64,000 nt of DNA from Gemmatimonadota bacterium (GCA_040389905.1 JAZJZK010000010.1:1-64000); one strand, 5' to 3'. Counted from the first letter of the stretch, positions 10,162-20,324 are shown. The notes: generated by a model from the sequence alone, not told the origin. Numbers and translations are program-made.

Positions 10162-11390
10162 TGGAGACCACTCAGCTCGAGATCAGCGGGATCGCGGCCG
10201 GTGGCGACGGTGTCGGCCGCACGGAAGGCATGGTCGTTTTCGTGCCGCGTACCGCGCCGGGCGACGTGGCGCAGGTCGCGCTCGCACGCTCGAAGCGCTT
10301 CGCACGAGGCTCACTGGTGTCCCTCGACGTTCCATCGCCAGATCGCGTCGAACCGCTGTGCCCTCACTATGTGCGTGACCGCTGCGGCGGCTGTCAGATC
10401 CAGCATCTCGCATACGAAGCGCAGCTTCGCGCGAAGAGCACGATTATCGCCGATGCGATGCGCCGCATTGGACGGCGTGACGCCGGCTCGGTGACGGTTG
10501 AGCCAAGCGACCAGCCGTGGCGGTATCGTCGAAAGCTGACGCTGCACGTGCGTCGCGACGGCTCGCGCTGGACCGCCGGCTTGCACCCATATGACGACCC
10601 CGCATCGGTGTTCGACCTCGATGACTGCCTGATTACCGAGGATCGTGTCATCGCGGTGTGGCGCGAGTTGCGCCACGTCTTCGACCTGTTGCCTCGTGAG
10701 CGCGCGCTGCGAGTCGCGGTGCGCCTCCTGCCCGTGGGGGCTGCGGTCGTGGTGGAAGGCGGCGGCGCGTGGCCCGGTGCGCTGAAGATGTTCCAGGCAG
10801 TGCAATCGATCGAGGAACTGTGGTGGAAGCCTGACCATGGGCGCATGCGGCGTCTTGCGGCCCGCACCTCCGAGTCGCAGGGCGGGGCGTCGTTCGTCCA
10901 GGTGAACGCACGCGTTGCCGGGCGTCTCCGAGCCCACGTGCTGGAGCGCATTCGCTCGTATTCGCCGCGCAGTGTCATCGATGCCTACGCGGGTGCAGGG
11001 GGAACCGCCGTCCCGTTGGCAAACGACGGCATGACCGTCACCGCGATCGAGCTCGACGCACAGGCGGTGTCGCGCTTCGAGGGAAGCTTACGCTCGCCAT
11101 CGCACGCAATCGTCGGGCGCGTGGAAGACCACTTCAGCGGCGCACTGCCGGCGGATGTCGTCCTGTTGAATCCTCCCCGCACCGGCGTTGATGCGCGCGT
11201 CACGGAAGCGCTGCAGTCCGTCCGAAAGGCGCCGCGTGCCATCGTGTACGTCAGTTGTGACCCCGCCACGGTGTCGCGTGATCTCGCGCGCATTCCGCGC
11301 TACACGCTGAGCGCCGTGCGCGCCTACGACATGTTTCCGCAAACCGCTCACGTCGAGACAGTCTGCGAGCTCGTTCCGGAGGCCGAGTGA
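10161..11390 (+). CDS. TRAM-domain RNA m5U methyltransferase (RlmD/TrmA family)
   Basis: CPHY...CGGCQ Fe-S motif, SFVQVN, DAYAGAG, NPPR, YVSCDP, DMFPQTAHVE. Confidence 0.9.
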   Translation: METTQLEISGIAAGGDGVGRTEGMVVFVPRTAPGDVAQVALARSKRFARGSLVSLDVPSPDRVEPLCPHYVRDRCGGCQIQHLAYEAQLRAKSTIIADAMRRIGRRDAGSVTVEPSDQPWRYRRKLTLHVRRDGSRWTAGLHPYDDPASVFDLDDCLITEDRVIAVWRELRHVFDLLPRERALRVAVRLLPVGAAVVVEGGGAWPGALKMFQAVQSIEELWWKPDHGRMRRLAARTSESQGGASFVQVNARVAGRLRAHVLERIRSYSPRSVIDAYAGAGGTAVPLANDGMTVTAIELDAQAVSRFEGSLRSPSHAIVGRVEDHFSGALPADVVLLNPPRTGVDARVTEALQSVRKAPRAIVYVSCDPATVSRDLARIPRYTLSAVRAYDMFPQTAHVETVCELVPEAE

Positions 11391-11887
11391 AATACATCGT
11401 GAAGGTCGGCGACCGAGAGGTCGAGGTCTTGCTCGATGCAGACGTCGTCACGGTGGACGGCGTTTCATACGTGGCGCACGCGAGTGAACTCGAAGGAACG
11501 CCGGTGCGCATGGTCACCATCGGCGATGAAGTGCATCGCGTGGTCGCTCGGCGCGGTGCCACGCGTGGTCGCTACACCCTCTGGCTCGACGGCTTTCGCT
11601 ACGAGGTCGAGGCGCTCGACGAGCGGACGCGCGCCATACGTGAGCTGAGCGGTGCTGGCGCTGGCCAATCGGGACCAGCACCATTGATCGCGCCAATGCC
11701 GGGGATGATCGTTCGCATCGCGGTGCAGGTGGGCGACAGCGTGCAGCCGGGTCAGGGACTCGTGGTCATGGAGGCTATGAAGATGGAAAATGAGTTGCGC
11801 GCGACGACGGCGGGAACGGTGAAGGCGGTGCTCGCCCAGATTGGATCGGCCGTCGAGAAGGGTGCCATTCTGCTGGAGCTCGAGTAA
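11387..11887 (+). CDS. Biotin carboxyl carrier protein with N-terminal BT-like segment
   Basis: APMPG and EAMKMEN biotinylation motif. Confidence 0.93.
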   Translation: MKYIVKVGDREVEVLLDADVVTVDGVSYVAHASELEGTPVRMVTIGDEVHRVVARRGATRGRYTLWLDGFRYEVEALDERTRAIRELSGAGAGQSGPAPLIAPMPGMIVRIAVQVGDSVQPGQGLVVMEAMKMENELRATTAGTVKAVLAQIGSAVEKGAILLELE

Positions 11888-12774
11888 TGCGCATCGCCCT
11901 TCGTGCTGGGTTCCTGCTATCGATGGCGAGTGGCTCCGCCGTGGCGCAGGCGTCGACCGACATCTATCTCGCTCCTCTTACACGTGTTCGCGACTCGATC
12001 GTCGTCGGGGCGGCACGGAACGTCACGAACCGCGCCGGTTACGACAACCAGCCAAGCTTCTTACCGAACAGCAAGGGCATCCTCTACACCGTCATTGGTA
12101 GCGACGCACAGGCGGATATCTGGCGTTACGACATCAAGGAGAAGCGCAACGTCCGCGTGACCACGACGCCCGAGAGCGAGTACTCCGCCGTCGTGATGCC
12201 GGGAGGGCTTCGCATCAGCGTCATTCGCGTCGAGGCCGATTCGGCGCAGCGGCTCTGGAGTTTCGCACTCGATGGCAGCAACCCACAGCTCGTGCTCACG
12301 GCGCAGAAGCCGGTGGGCTATCACGCATGGCTCGCTCCCGCACGGCTGGCGACGTTCGTGCTCGGCTCTCCGTCCACACTGCACGTTGTGGACACGGATG
12401 GCAGCAACGACGTCGTGCGGGCACGCGACATCGGACGTGCGTTGCAGCGCGTGCCCGGCAAGGATGCGTTCAGCTACGCGCAGCGGGATAGCGCTCGCGT
12501 TCTCTGGATCACGATGCAACCGCTCAACGGCGAGACAGCAAGCGCGCTCGTTCGCGCCGCGCCAGACAATGAGTATCACGTCTGGACACCCGACGGCGTG
12601 CTGCTCAGCGCGAGCAATGGTGTGCTGGTGCGCTGGAATCGTGCGATCGATGCCACCAGTGGATGGCTGCCCGTTGCCGATCTCACGAAGGCCGGCGTCA
12701 AGAACGTCAGTCGGCTCGCAGTAAGTCCCGACGGAAAATGGCTGGCGTTCGTCGCCGAGCCGGTGGCGAAGTAG
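11887..12774 (+). CDS. Secreted TolB-like (PD40) beta-propeller protein
   Basis: Signal peptide; GYDNQPSF; TPESEYS; AVSPDGKWLAFV. Confidence 0.75.
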   Translation: MRIALRAGFLLSMASGSAVAQASTDIYLAPLTRVRDSIVVGAARNVTNRAGYDNQPSFLPNSKGILYTVIGSDAQADIWRYDIKEKRNVRVTTTPESEYSAVVMPGGLRISVIRVEADSAQRLWSFALDGSNPQLVLTAQKPVGYHAWLAPARLATFVLGSPSTLHVVDTDGSNDVVRARDIGRALQRVPGKDAFSYAQRDSARVLWITMQPLNGETASALVRAAPDNEYHVWTPDGVLLSASNGVLVRWNRAIDATSGWLPVADLTKAGVKNVSRLAVSPDGKWLAFVAEPVAK

Positions 12775-12784
12775 AGAGTCGCGC

Positions 12785-13309
12785 ATGAAGGTGTTGGCGA
12801 TCTCGGGGAGCCTGCGCTCGGCATCCTCCAACAGCGCGATCCTGCGCGTTGTGCAACGTGTCGCACCGCCGGACATCGTGGTGGAGATCGCCGAAGCGCT
12901 CGATCGGTTGCCGTACTTCAATCCGGACCTCGACAAGCATTTCGACGACCCCGCGCTACCGGCACCGGTTCGTGCGCTGCGTTCGGCCATTGCGGCATCC
13001 GATGCCCTATTGATCTCGAGCCCTGAGTATGCTCATGGTGTCTCCGGCATGCTCAAGAACGGCCTCGACTGGCTCGTCGGTGGGCCAGAGATGGTGGAAA
13101 AGCGCGTCGCGCTGATCAATACGGCACCACACGCTACGCACGCCATTGCGCAGTTGGCAGAAACGCTCCGTACCATGTCGGTCGTGCTCGTTGAGCCCGC
13201 GTGCCTGACGATCGCGGTTCCGCGCAACCAGAGTGACGATGCGTTGTCCTCGGATCCCGCGCTCTGTGCCGCGCTTCGTGAATCGCTGAGCGCCTTGCGG
13301 TCGAATTGA
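12785..13309 (+). CDS. NADPH-dependent FMN reductase family flavoprotein
   Basis: ISGSLR..SSN, SPEYAHGVSGMLKNGLDW. Confidence 0.9.
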   Translation: MKVLAISGSLRSASSNSAILRVVQRVAPPDIVVEIAEALDRLPYFNPDLDKHFDDPALPAPVRALRSAIAASDALLISSPEYAHGVSGMLKNGLDWLVGGPEMVEKRVALINTAPHATHAIAQLAETLRTMSVVLVEPACLTIAVPRNQSDDALSSDPALCAALRESLSALRSN

Positions 13310-13326
13310 GGCGTTTACGCTCGTGG

Positions 13327-13386
13327 TGCCACCCGAGCAAGGTCGCGCTCGTTTTGTCGCCTGACCGAAGCGAAGGGCCTGCACCT
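13327..13386. repeat. REP-like palindrome family, partial copy D
   Basis: TGCCACCCGAGC...TGTCGCCTGACCGAAGCGAAGGGCCTGCAC, same layout as copy A; lies between convergent genes. Confidence 0.7.
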
Positions 13387-13399
13387 GCTGTTCAGCCGT

Positions 13400-14671
13400 T
13401 CAGCTCTGCCGCTTTCTCCCAGGCGCAATGGCTTTTCGGCCAAACTTCTCGCGCACCGCGTCCATCGCGCGCGAGACCTCTCGATCCTTCGCCGTCTCGA
13501 GCTGACTCGCGTTCTTGTCGAACAGTGTCAGCTGCTTGACCGGCGGATCGCTGAAGTTCGAGAGTGCCACGCCGAGCAGCCGCGCGGGAACCCGGCGCGC
13601 CTTGCGCAGCTTCTGCAGGAGTTCTTTCGCCACGAGAAATATTGCCCGGTCCGACTCCAACGCTTCATCGACCGTGCGGCTTGCCTGCCGGGTCGTGAAG
13701 TCCTTGTCACGTATGCGAACGGTTACCGTGCGCGCCTTCAGGCCGTCGCTGCGCAGGTCTCCGGCTGCGCGGCCGACCAGCTCCGTTAGCTCTCCCGCGA
13801 GCATGAGGTCGTCGTTGATGTCCACAGGAAAGGTGTCATCCCGACTGATGCTCTTTGCCGCGTCGCGATCAGCAACTTCACCTTCGTCTATGCCGCGCAC
13901 GCGCCGCGCGAGCCATTCACATTCGCGCGGCCCCACGAGGCGCGAGAGTGCTGCCTCGTCGAGAGCCAGCACATCCTCGACCGACCGCAGCCCGCGTTCA
14001 GCAAGACGAGACGTCGTCTTGGGCCCAATGCCAGGAATGTCGGCAAGCTTGAGCAGCCGCATGAACTCGAGCTCACCGTCAGGTGGCACGATGTGCACGC
14101 CGTTGGCGCCGGTGCCTGGTTTTGGCTTTGCACGTTCGACCGCCAGCTTCGCGACGAGCTTGGTCGTCCCTCCGCCGATCGAGACGGTCATCGACGTGTC
14201 GGCGACGACGGCATCACGAATCCGGTGCGCAATCGTATCGAGCGACGCGCCCGGGTAGATCGCCTCAGTGCCGCCGAGGTCGAGATACCACTCGTCGATG
14301 CTCGCCGATTGCACAACGGGCGAGAAGCGTTCCAGGACCGCGCGAATCTCGCGGTGCTTCACTCGGCAGGCCTTGCCTGGCACTGGGACGCACATTGCAT
14401 TCGGGCACAGCCGGAGTGCCTGCGACATCGGCATGGCTGACTTGACCCCGAACTGCCGTGCCTCGTACGATGCCGAGCAGACGATTCCGCGTCCTTCGGC
14501 CGTTCCGCCGACGAGGAGCAGCGGGTTCTTGCCAGCCCCTTCAGGATCCGCCCATCGAGCCACGGCTACGAAGAACGCATCCGCGTCGACCAACAGAATC
14601 CGACGGCTCACAGGCGGCGGCGTGGCGCTGTCAGGCGCGGCGCGCGGGCCGTGTCCGACTGGCCGGTTCAA
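13400..14671 (-). CDS. dinB: DNA polymerase IV (Y-family); start is either TTG 14671 or GTG 14611
   Basis: LVDADAFF, ASYEARQFGVKSAMP, SIDEWYLD, PGIGPKT, little-finger domain, QLTLF clamp-binding-like motif. Confidence 0.92.
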   Translation of the reverse strand: MNRPVGHGPRAAPDSATPPPVSRRILLVDADAFFVAVARWADPEGAGKNPLLLVGGTAEGRGIVCSASYEARQFGVKSAMPMSQALRLCPNAMCVPVPGKACRVKHREIRAVLERFSPVVQSASIDEWYLDLGGTEAIYPGASLDTIAHRIRDAVVADTSMTVSIGGGTTKLVAKLAVERAKPKPGTGANGVHIVPPDGELEFMRLLKLADIPGIGPKTTSRLAERGLRSVEDVLALDEAALSRLVGPRECEWLARRVRGIDEGEVADRDAAKSISRDDTFPVDINDDLMLAGELTELVGRAAGDLRSDGLKARTVTVRIRDKDFTTRQASRTVDEALESDRAIFLVAKELLQKLRKARRVPARLLGVALSNFSDPPVKQLTLFDKNASQLETAKDREVSRAMDAVREKFGRKAIAPGRKRQS

Positions 14672-17496
14672 CGTGCACCTTCTGCTCGTGAGAGCCGTGC
14701 GACTCCCGCCTCCGCCGCGAGTCGTCGCGGACGGAATTGTGGGTCCGCAGCCCTCCATGCGCGCGATACCAGGGTGTACTGCGCAATAGCGCGGTCGCGC
14801 CGCCCGGCGCGTTCATACGCGAGCGCGAGCAGCTCCTGAAGGTCGGTGCGCGTTGCATAGAGTCCGGACGACGACACCGGCCCGTTCAGTGCCTCGATCA
14901 GCGGCGCAATCGCCTCGGCGGGGCGCCCAGCGGCGATGAGCGAACGGCCAAGCTCGAGATAGATTCGAACGTGAGTCTCCTGACGCCGCCAGACGGCCTT
15001 TCGGAATTCATCCGCCGCTTCCGCCGGCTTGCCAGTAACAGAGAGTCGGAGACCTCTCACATAGTGATGAAGGCGTTTGAAACGATCGGTCGCAATCATG
15101 CCGTTCACCCGAACGGAATCTTCGAGTCGCTGCAGCGCCACCGTATCACGAACCAGTGCGTAGGCACCGGCGGCGTGAGACAACGCCCATGCCCGGCTGG
15201 CCGCGCGTCGCGACGCGAACGGCCCCGTGACGGTGTTCGCGAGTGAATCGAACAGCAACGCCGCCGCGTGAGGGTGCCCGCTCTCCGAGAGGACCACGGC
15301 CTCGAGAAGCCCCGCGCCGGTGTCATGCACCTTCAACCGCTCTCGGCGGTACAGTCGCGCGGCGGCCATCGCATCCTGCATTCGTCCCTGCGCTCGTGAC
15401 GAGATGACGTGGGTCCAGACGCCGTCGAGCCTCTGGTCTGGTATCGCGGACTGTTCCGCTTTGCGCCACGCGCGATCGACGGCCTCATAGTCATTCGCCC
15501 GAAACCACCACTGCTCATGCATGAGATACGCATCGCCACCCGGTGAGTATTTCGAGGCGGAGTCCACCGCGGCGTGTGCTTCAGCGAGTCGATCACTTTC
15601 GCCGAGTACCCGGCTGTACGCGATCCACGCCGGTGTGGAATGCGGTTGCCACCGCAACCAGGCGCGAGCAACCTGCTCGGCGGTTGCAAGGGAATCGATG
15701 CGCCGGTACACCTCGAGCATTCCGCCGAACGCCTCACAAGCTCGGCAGCGTCCCGTGGCGCGGCCGATCGAGGAGTCCATGGAGATCACTCGCCGAAAGG
15801 GCGCCAGCGCCAAGCCGGGATTCGCGCCCGCCCCCACCTGTAGCGCGTACACCAGCTGCGATTCCGGATCCGACGGATACCGCGTCACGAGAGTATCGGC
15901 CCAGTAGATCACGCTCGTGTCGGCCATCCGCTTGCCCCACGCGATGTTGATCAGCAACCGCTCGCGCTCATTCGTTCGCCGCGCGTAGCGAACCGCCCGC
16001 GCCATGTAGGCATCGCTGCTGTCGCCCACGACCGCGGCGGAATAGAGCGCCGCCATCGCGAATGTCGAGTCTTCGGCGAGGGCTGCGGCAAAGAATCGCC
16101 GAGCGGCGGTAGCATCGTTCTCATGGAACGCCCTCAATCCCTGCTCGTAGAACCGGTACGCGATGATCGAGCGTGTCGTGCCCTCGGGCCGGGCAACAGG
16201 CGCGGGGGCTTCGAGGTTTCGCGCCACCTCTTCGGTGAGCAGATCGGCGAGCTCGGTCGCATCAGCCCCCTCAACTGCGTAGGTCGCCAACGTCTTGCCA
16301 GTCAACAGATCGGTTCGGCGCAGGTCGGCTCGCAATGCTCCATTCGCACGGCGTGCGAGTACGCCCTCGATGATCTCCCTCGCGCCGGCGGCGCGCGCCA
16401 CCGCAGCGAGGTTGTCTGAGCGCATGTCGGCACCGACTTCGCTCATCCGTCGTTCATTGATCAAGTCGATGTCGCCGATTCGTGCGAGGCTGATCGAGAG
16501 GAGCGTGCTGAAGCCGCGCATCGAATCGGCCGCGAATGCAGACTTGATTTCGCCCACGGCGAGAACCTGCCGATTTCCGCTGCCCATTCCCCGACGGGTC
16601 GCCAGCACCCCGAGTGCAACCACAGCCAGTGAAAGGGCAACGGCGTAGGCCACGGCCTTCGCCACCAGGCGAGGCGGAGTTCGAGTCAACCGATCGTGGT
16701 CTTCCAGCGCGCCCGCCGATGCCGCGAATGCTCCGCTGCTCATTGCTTCACTTCCCTCGGGACGATTCTGGATCGGCGCCGCGCCCGGCCGTCGCGAAAG
16801 GGATATCACCTCGTCCGTCGCCATCAACCACTCGTCCGACGGGGCGTGCCCCATGTCGGCCTCGAAGCGGCGGATGAATGTGCTTCGAACGACTGTGGCG
16901 TCCGCGCCTCGATCAGTGCCGCACAGGACCGCGATGAGCTGCTGATGCGCGCTCTCGTCGAGCGGAAAGTGTTCTGTCCACCGGCCGGCATATGCCAATG
17001 CAGCGTCACGGTCATCGCTTGCCACGAGCTCCTTGACAGTCGCCTCGTAGGAGAGGGCAAGGAGGCGACGAAGCCGTTCGCGCTCCACGTCGAGCCATGC
17101 GCGAAATCCTTCTGCGCCGATATCATCGCACCCGATGAGAAAGTCACCGGTCCACAGATCAACGGCTGCACGATATCGTTGGCCGGTCGCGGCGGCCGCG
17201 AACTCACGTGCGTCGTAGTGCATTGACTCGGCGGCGACGCGCAGTGTTGTCGCGTTCGCTTCGAAGGCCGTGCCACATGCACGACGCAACTGAAGCACAA
17301 CCTGCCGCAGTGAGTGCCGCGCCTTCTCCTCCGATCGCTCGCCCCAGAAGAGCGTCTGCACCGCTTCGCGGCGCTGCGGGGCGGGCGCCCTGTCGGCGAG
17401 CACGGACAGTACAGCCAAATCGTTGCGTCGCCGCAACAGTATTTCCCCGTTGAGGTCGCTGAGACTGAGTGCTCCGAGTGTTCTCAGTACGAGCAC
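14668..17496 (-). CDS. SARP/BTAD-family transcriptional regulator with TM helix and C-terminal TPR region
   Basis: LRTLG..., R...LFW.E...KARHSLRQ....LRR, GDFL.G, W...ERERL, PLDE; hydrophobic segment; helical repeats. Confidence 0.85.
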   Translation of the reverse strand: MLVLRTLGALSLSDLNGEILLRRRNDLAVLSVLADRAPAPQRREAVQTLFWGERSEEKARHSLRQVVLQLRRACGTAFEANATTLRVAAESMHYDAREFAAAATGQRYRAAVDLWTGDFLIGCDDIGAEGFRAWLDVERERLRRLLALSYEATVKELVASDDRDAALAYAGRWTEHFPLDESAHQQLIAVLCGTDRGADATVVRSTFIRRFEADMGHAPSDEWLMATDEVISLSRRPGAAPIQNRPEGSEAMSSGAFAASAGALEDHDRLTRTPPRLVAKAVAYAVALSLAVVALGVLATRRGMGSGNRQVLAVGEIKSAFAADSMRGFSTLLSISLARIGDIDLINERRMSEVGADMRSDNLAAVARAAGAREIIEGVLARRANGALRADLRRTDLLTGKTLATYAVEGADATELADLLTEEVARNLEAPAPVARPEGTTRSIIAYRFYEQGLRAFHENDATAARRFFAAALAEDSTFAMAALYSAAVVGDSSDAYMARAVRYARRTNERERLLINIAWGKRMADTSVIYWADTLVTRYPSDPESQLVYALQVGAGANPGLALAPFRRVISMDSSIGRATGRCRACEAFGGMLEVYRRIDSLATAEQVARAWLRWQPHSTPAWIAYSRVLGESDRLAEAHAAVDSASKYSPGGDAYLMHEQWWFRANDYEAVDRAWRKAEQSAIPDQRLDGVWTHVISSRAQGRMQDAMAAARLYRRERLKVHDTGAGLLEAVVLSESGHPHAAALLFDSLANTVTGPFASRRAASRAWALSHAAGAYALVRDTVALQRLEDSVRVNGMIATDRFKRLHHYVRGLRLSVTGKPAEAADEFRKAVWRRQETHVRIYLELGRSLIAAGRPAEAIAPLIEALNGPVSSSGLYATRTDLQELLALAYERAGRRDRAIAQYTLVSRAWRAADPQFRPRRLAAEAGVARLSRAEGAR

Positions 17497-17607
17497 ATGA
17501 CCCTGAACTGCAAGTAAATAAACAAGTTGCGTCCTGCTGACGGCCGGATGCGACCCACGGAGTTTCTTGCGCCTTGCATTCGGACTTCACTTCGACTGGA
17601 GGCGCTC

Positions 17608-18276
17608 ATGTCTGCTGACTTTACGCAACAAACCGTTTTTCGGAAAGCCATTCTCAAATTGGCGCGCATGGCGCTGGCTCCGGTTGCCGTCCTTACGCTC
17701 GCGGTTCCGGCCGTCGCTGGAGCGCAGCTGAGCGGGCAGTCGGTCTGGGCGGACTACTTGTTTCCAGACTATTCGGTCTATCAATACGGCGGCCCAAGAA
17801 CAGTCGATGCCTCGAAAGAGTATTTCTTCGCGAATAACAACGTGTATGCCGACGTAGGCGATCAAAGCCTGCGCATCACGGTCATCCAGGCATTCGTCTC
17901 GTTCAACAACTCGTACTCCTTCAACGGGGTCCACTTCTTCGACTGGAACAATTCGCTGCCGGATTTCCAGGCGATAGCGCTCGATCCATCGTCAGCCGTT
18001 TCGAGCTCGGGGGGATTCGACATGAGCCGCGTCACATCAGATGCGGACAATATCTGGGTCAACATGGGTGGTCTCGTGCTCAACGGATATGCCGATGACC
18101 ACGTGACATTGAACCTCTTCCAGCCCCTCGACGAACCCGGCGACGATCCGGAGACAGCAACGCCAGAGCCGGCGAGCCTGTTTCTGCTCGCGACCGGTTT
18201 TCTGGCGATCGCGGCGGCATCTCGGCGGGGCAGGTCGAGGCCACCGGAGGCCTTGACTCCCAACCTGAAGCGTTGA
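17608..18276 (+). CDS. PEP-CTERM sorting domain protein
   Basis: Signal peptide (AVPAVAGAQ); C-terminal TPEPASLFLLATGFLAIAAASRR; GGAGG RBS before ATG 17608. Confidence 0.85.
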   Translation: MSADFTQQTVFRKAILKLARMALAPVAVLTLAVPAVAGAQLSGQSVWADYLFPDYSVYQYGGPRTVDASKEYFFANNNVYADVGDQSLRITVIQAFVSFNNSYSFNGVHFFDWNNSLPDFQAIALDPSSAVSSSGGFDMSRVTSDADNIWVNMGGLVLNGYADDHVTLNLFQPLDEPGDDPETATPEPASLFLLATGFLAIAAASRRGRSRPPEALTPNLKR

Positions 18277-18301
18277 CTACGCTTACGGCACCGCCTATCT
18301 T
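18273..18301 (+). promoter_or_regulatory. Sigma70-type promoter of rplM-rpsI
   Basis: TTGACT-N17-TATCTT. Confidence 0.7.
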
Positions 18302-18393
18302 GTGAGTCTGTCCAAAAACGCCTTCAGTGGCGGCCAAAACCCGGGTTGCATTACGCACCAGTGAGGCGCAGTACCTACGAGTTCAGAAGAGTC

Positions 18394-18846
18394 ATGTTCA
18401 AATCGTACACGGCGACGCCGGACGACATCCAGCAGGACTGGTATGTCGTCGATGCCGAGGGAATGGTCCTCGGGCGCCTCGCAACGGAAGTCGCGCGCAT
18501 CATCCGCGGCAAGCACAAGCCCATGTTCACGCCGCACATGGACACCGGAGATGGCGTCATCGTCATCAACGCCTCCAAGGTCCGCGTCACCGGCCGCAAG
18601 TCAGAGCAGAAGGAATACTTCCGCCACACCGGCTACATGGGGCACGAGCGCTTCACCCCTTTCGCCAGCATGCTGGCCAAGCACCCGGAGCGCATCATCG
18701 AGAAGGCCGTATTCGGCATGCTCCCCAAGTCGGCCCTCGGCCGTCAGGTTCTGCGCGGAAAGCTCCGCGTGTATGCCGGTGCCGAGCATGGACACGCTGC
18801 GCAGCAGCCCAAGACGCTGACCTTCCCGAAGAGCGAGGCCAAGTAA
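18394..18846 (+). CDS. rplM: 50S ribosomal protein L13
   Basis: WYVVDA, LGRLA, GKHKP.FTPH.D.GD, GMLPK. Confidence 0.98.
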   Translation: MFKSYTATPDDIQQDWYVVDAEGMVLGRLATEVARIIRGKHKPMFTPHMDTGDGVIVINASKVRVTGRKSEQKEYFRHTGYMGHERFTPFASMLAKHPERIIEKAVFGMLPKSALGRQVLRGKLRVYAGAEHGHAAQQPKTLTFPKSEAK

Positions 18847-18849
18847 TTC

Positions 18850-19242
18850 ATGTCTGATACCGTCACACACACGATCGGACGCCGCAAGGAAGCGGTCTGC
18901 CGCGTGTACCTGAAGCCCGGCTCCGGGAAGTGGGATATCAATGGGCGGACGCTCGGCGACTATTTCCCGCGCCCCGCGCTCGTCTCCGCCATTCAGCAGC
19001 CGTTTACCGCGACCGACATGCTCGGCCGCTATGACGTCAAGGCGAACATCAACGGCGGCGGCCAGACCGGCCAGTCGGGCGCGTTGCGTCTCGCCGTGGC
19101 GCGGGCCCTCGTCAAGATCGATGAGAGTCACCGCCGCAAGCTGCGCGACCTCGGTCTGCTCACGCGTGATGCGCGCGCAGTCGAGCGCAAGAAGCCCGGC
19201 CGTCCGAAGGCACGCAAGCGGTTCCAGTTCAGCAAGCGTTAA
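18850..19242 (+). CDS. rpsI: 30S ribosomal protein S9
   Basis: [28 protein letters not shown]. Confidence 0.98.
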   Translation: MSDTVTHTIGRRKEAVCRVYLKPGSGKWDINGRTLGDYFPRPALVSAIQQPFTATDMLGRYDVKANINGGGQTGQSGALRLAVARALVKIDESHRRKLRDLGLLTRDARAVERKKPGRPKARKRFQFSKR

Positions 19243-19257
19243 CAGCACGACAGCGGA

Positions 19258-19313
19258 GATGCAGGTCCTTCGCTGAGTTTACCCCGCACGAAGTGTCGGG
19301 GTTCAGGACGACA
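19258..19313. repeat. REP-like palindrome family, variant copy E with inserted hairpin
   Basis: Reverse complement reads TGTCGTCCTGA-[CCCCG..CGGGG hairpin]-GCGAAGGACCTGCATC. Confidence 0.55.
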
Positions 19314-19332
19314 GAACGAGTAGTATCATCTT

Positions 19333-19400
19333 TCACGCCCTCTGAGCCTCCGTCCGGTGCCGGCACACGCCGGTGGACGGAGGTGACGACGAGAGGCGGA
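19333..19400 (+). promoter_or_regulatory. Structured rpsB 5' leader (candidate S2 autoregulatory element)
   Basis: Nested stems CCTCCGTCC/GGACGGAGG and CCGGC/GCCGG immediately upstream of rpsB. Confidence 0.55.
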
Positions 19401-19424
19401 CGAATCAACCAAACCGCACAGGAT

Positions 19425-20324
19425 ATGTCAGAAAATCAGCCGAAGCTCGAAGACCTCCTCGCCGCTGGCGTCCATTTCGGACACCAGACGCGCCGTTGGA
19501 ATCCCAAGATGCGCCGCTTCATTTTCGCCGAGCGCAACGGGATCCACATCATCGATCTCCAGAAGACCCTCCGCCAACTCGAAATCGCGCAGAAGCTCGT
19601 GCGTGAAGTCGTGCTCCGCGGTGAGAGCGTTCTCTTCGTGTGCACCAAGGCCCAGGTCGCCGGCATCGTCAAGCAGGAAGCCGATCGCGCCGGAGCCATG
19701 TACATCACCGAGCGCTGGCTCGGTGGCCTGCTCACCAACTTCCAGACGGTCAAGAAGCAGCTCAAGCGCATGAAGGAGCTCGAGGCCGGCAGCGCGGAAG
19801 GCGGCGAGTGGTCGAACTACACGAAGAAAGAGCGTCTCATGATGACGCGCGAAAAGGAGAAGCTCTCCAAGTACCTCAACGGTATCCGGAGCCTGACGCG
19901 GACGCCGGGCCTCATGTTCGTCGTCGACGCGAAGAAGGAAAAGATCGCCGTCGCCGAAGCCAACAAGCTCGGGATCCCGATCATTGCGATCGTCGATACC
20001 AATGCTGACCCGGACCTCATCACCGTTCCGATCGCCGGCAACGACGACGCGATTCGCTCGGTCGAGTTGATCACGCGCGCGTTGGCCGACACGATCGCCG
20101 AAGCTCGCCTCGCCGCCCCGGTCCGCAACGAGGTCGAAGAAGGCAACGAAGGTGGAATGACGTACAGCTCCGAGCGTGGCACCGAGTCGGCGGGCGACCG
20201 CGACGACAAGCGCCGCCGCCGCCCGCGCCGCCGCCGTGCGAAGCCGGAAGCGATCGCCGCGCACCTCAAGGGTGGCGAGGCCGACGCCGTCGACGCGGAT
20301 GCCGGGGACGACGCCGCAGAGTAG
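19425..20324 (+). CDS. rpsB: 30S ribosomal protein S2
   Basis: [39 protein letters not shown]. Confidence 0.98.
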   Translation: MSENQPKLEDLLAAGVHFGHQTRRWNPKMRRFIFAERNGIHIIDLQKTLRQLEIAQKLVREVVLRGESVLFVCTKAQVAGIVKQEADRAGAMYITERWLGGLLTNFQTVKKQLKRMKELEAGSAEGGEWSNYTKKERLMMTREKEKLSKYLNGIRSLTRTPGLMFVVDAKKEKIAVAEANKLGIPIIAIVDTNADPDLITVPIAGNDDAIRSVELITRALADTIAEARLAAPVRNEVEEGNEGGMTYSSERGTESAGDRDDKRRRRPRRRRAKPEAIAAHLKGGEADAVDADAGDDAAE

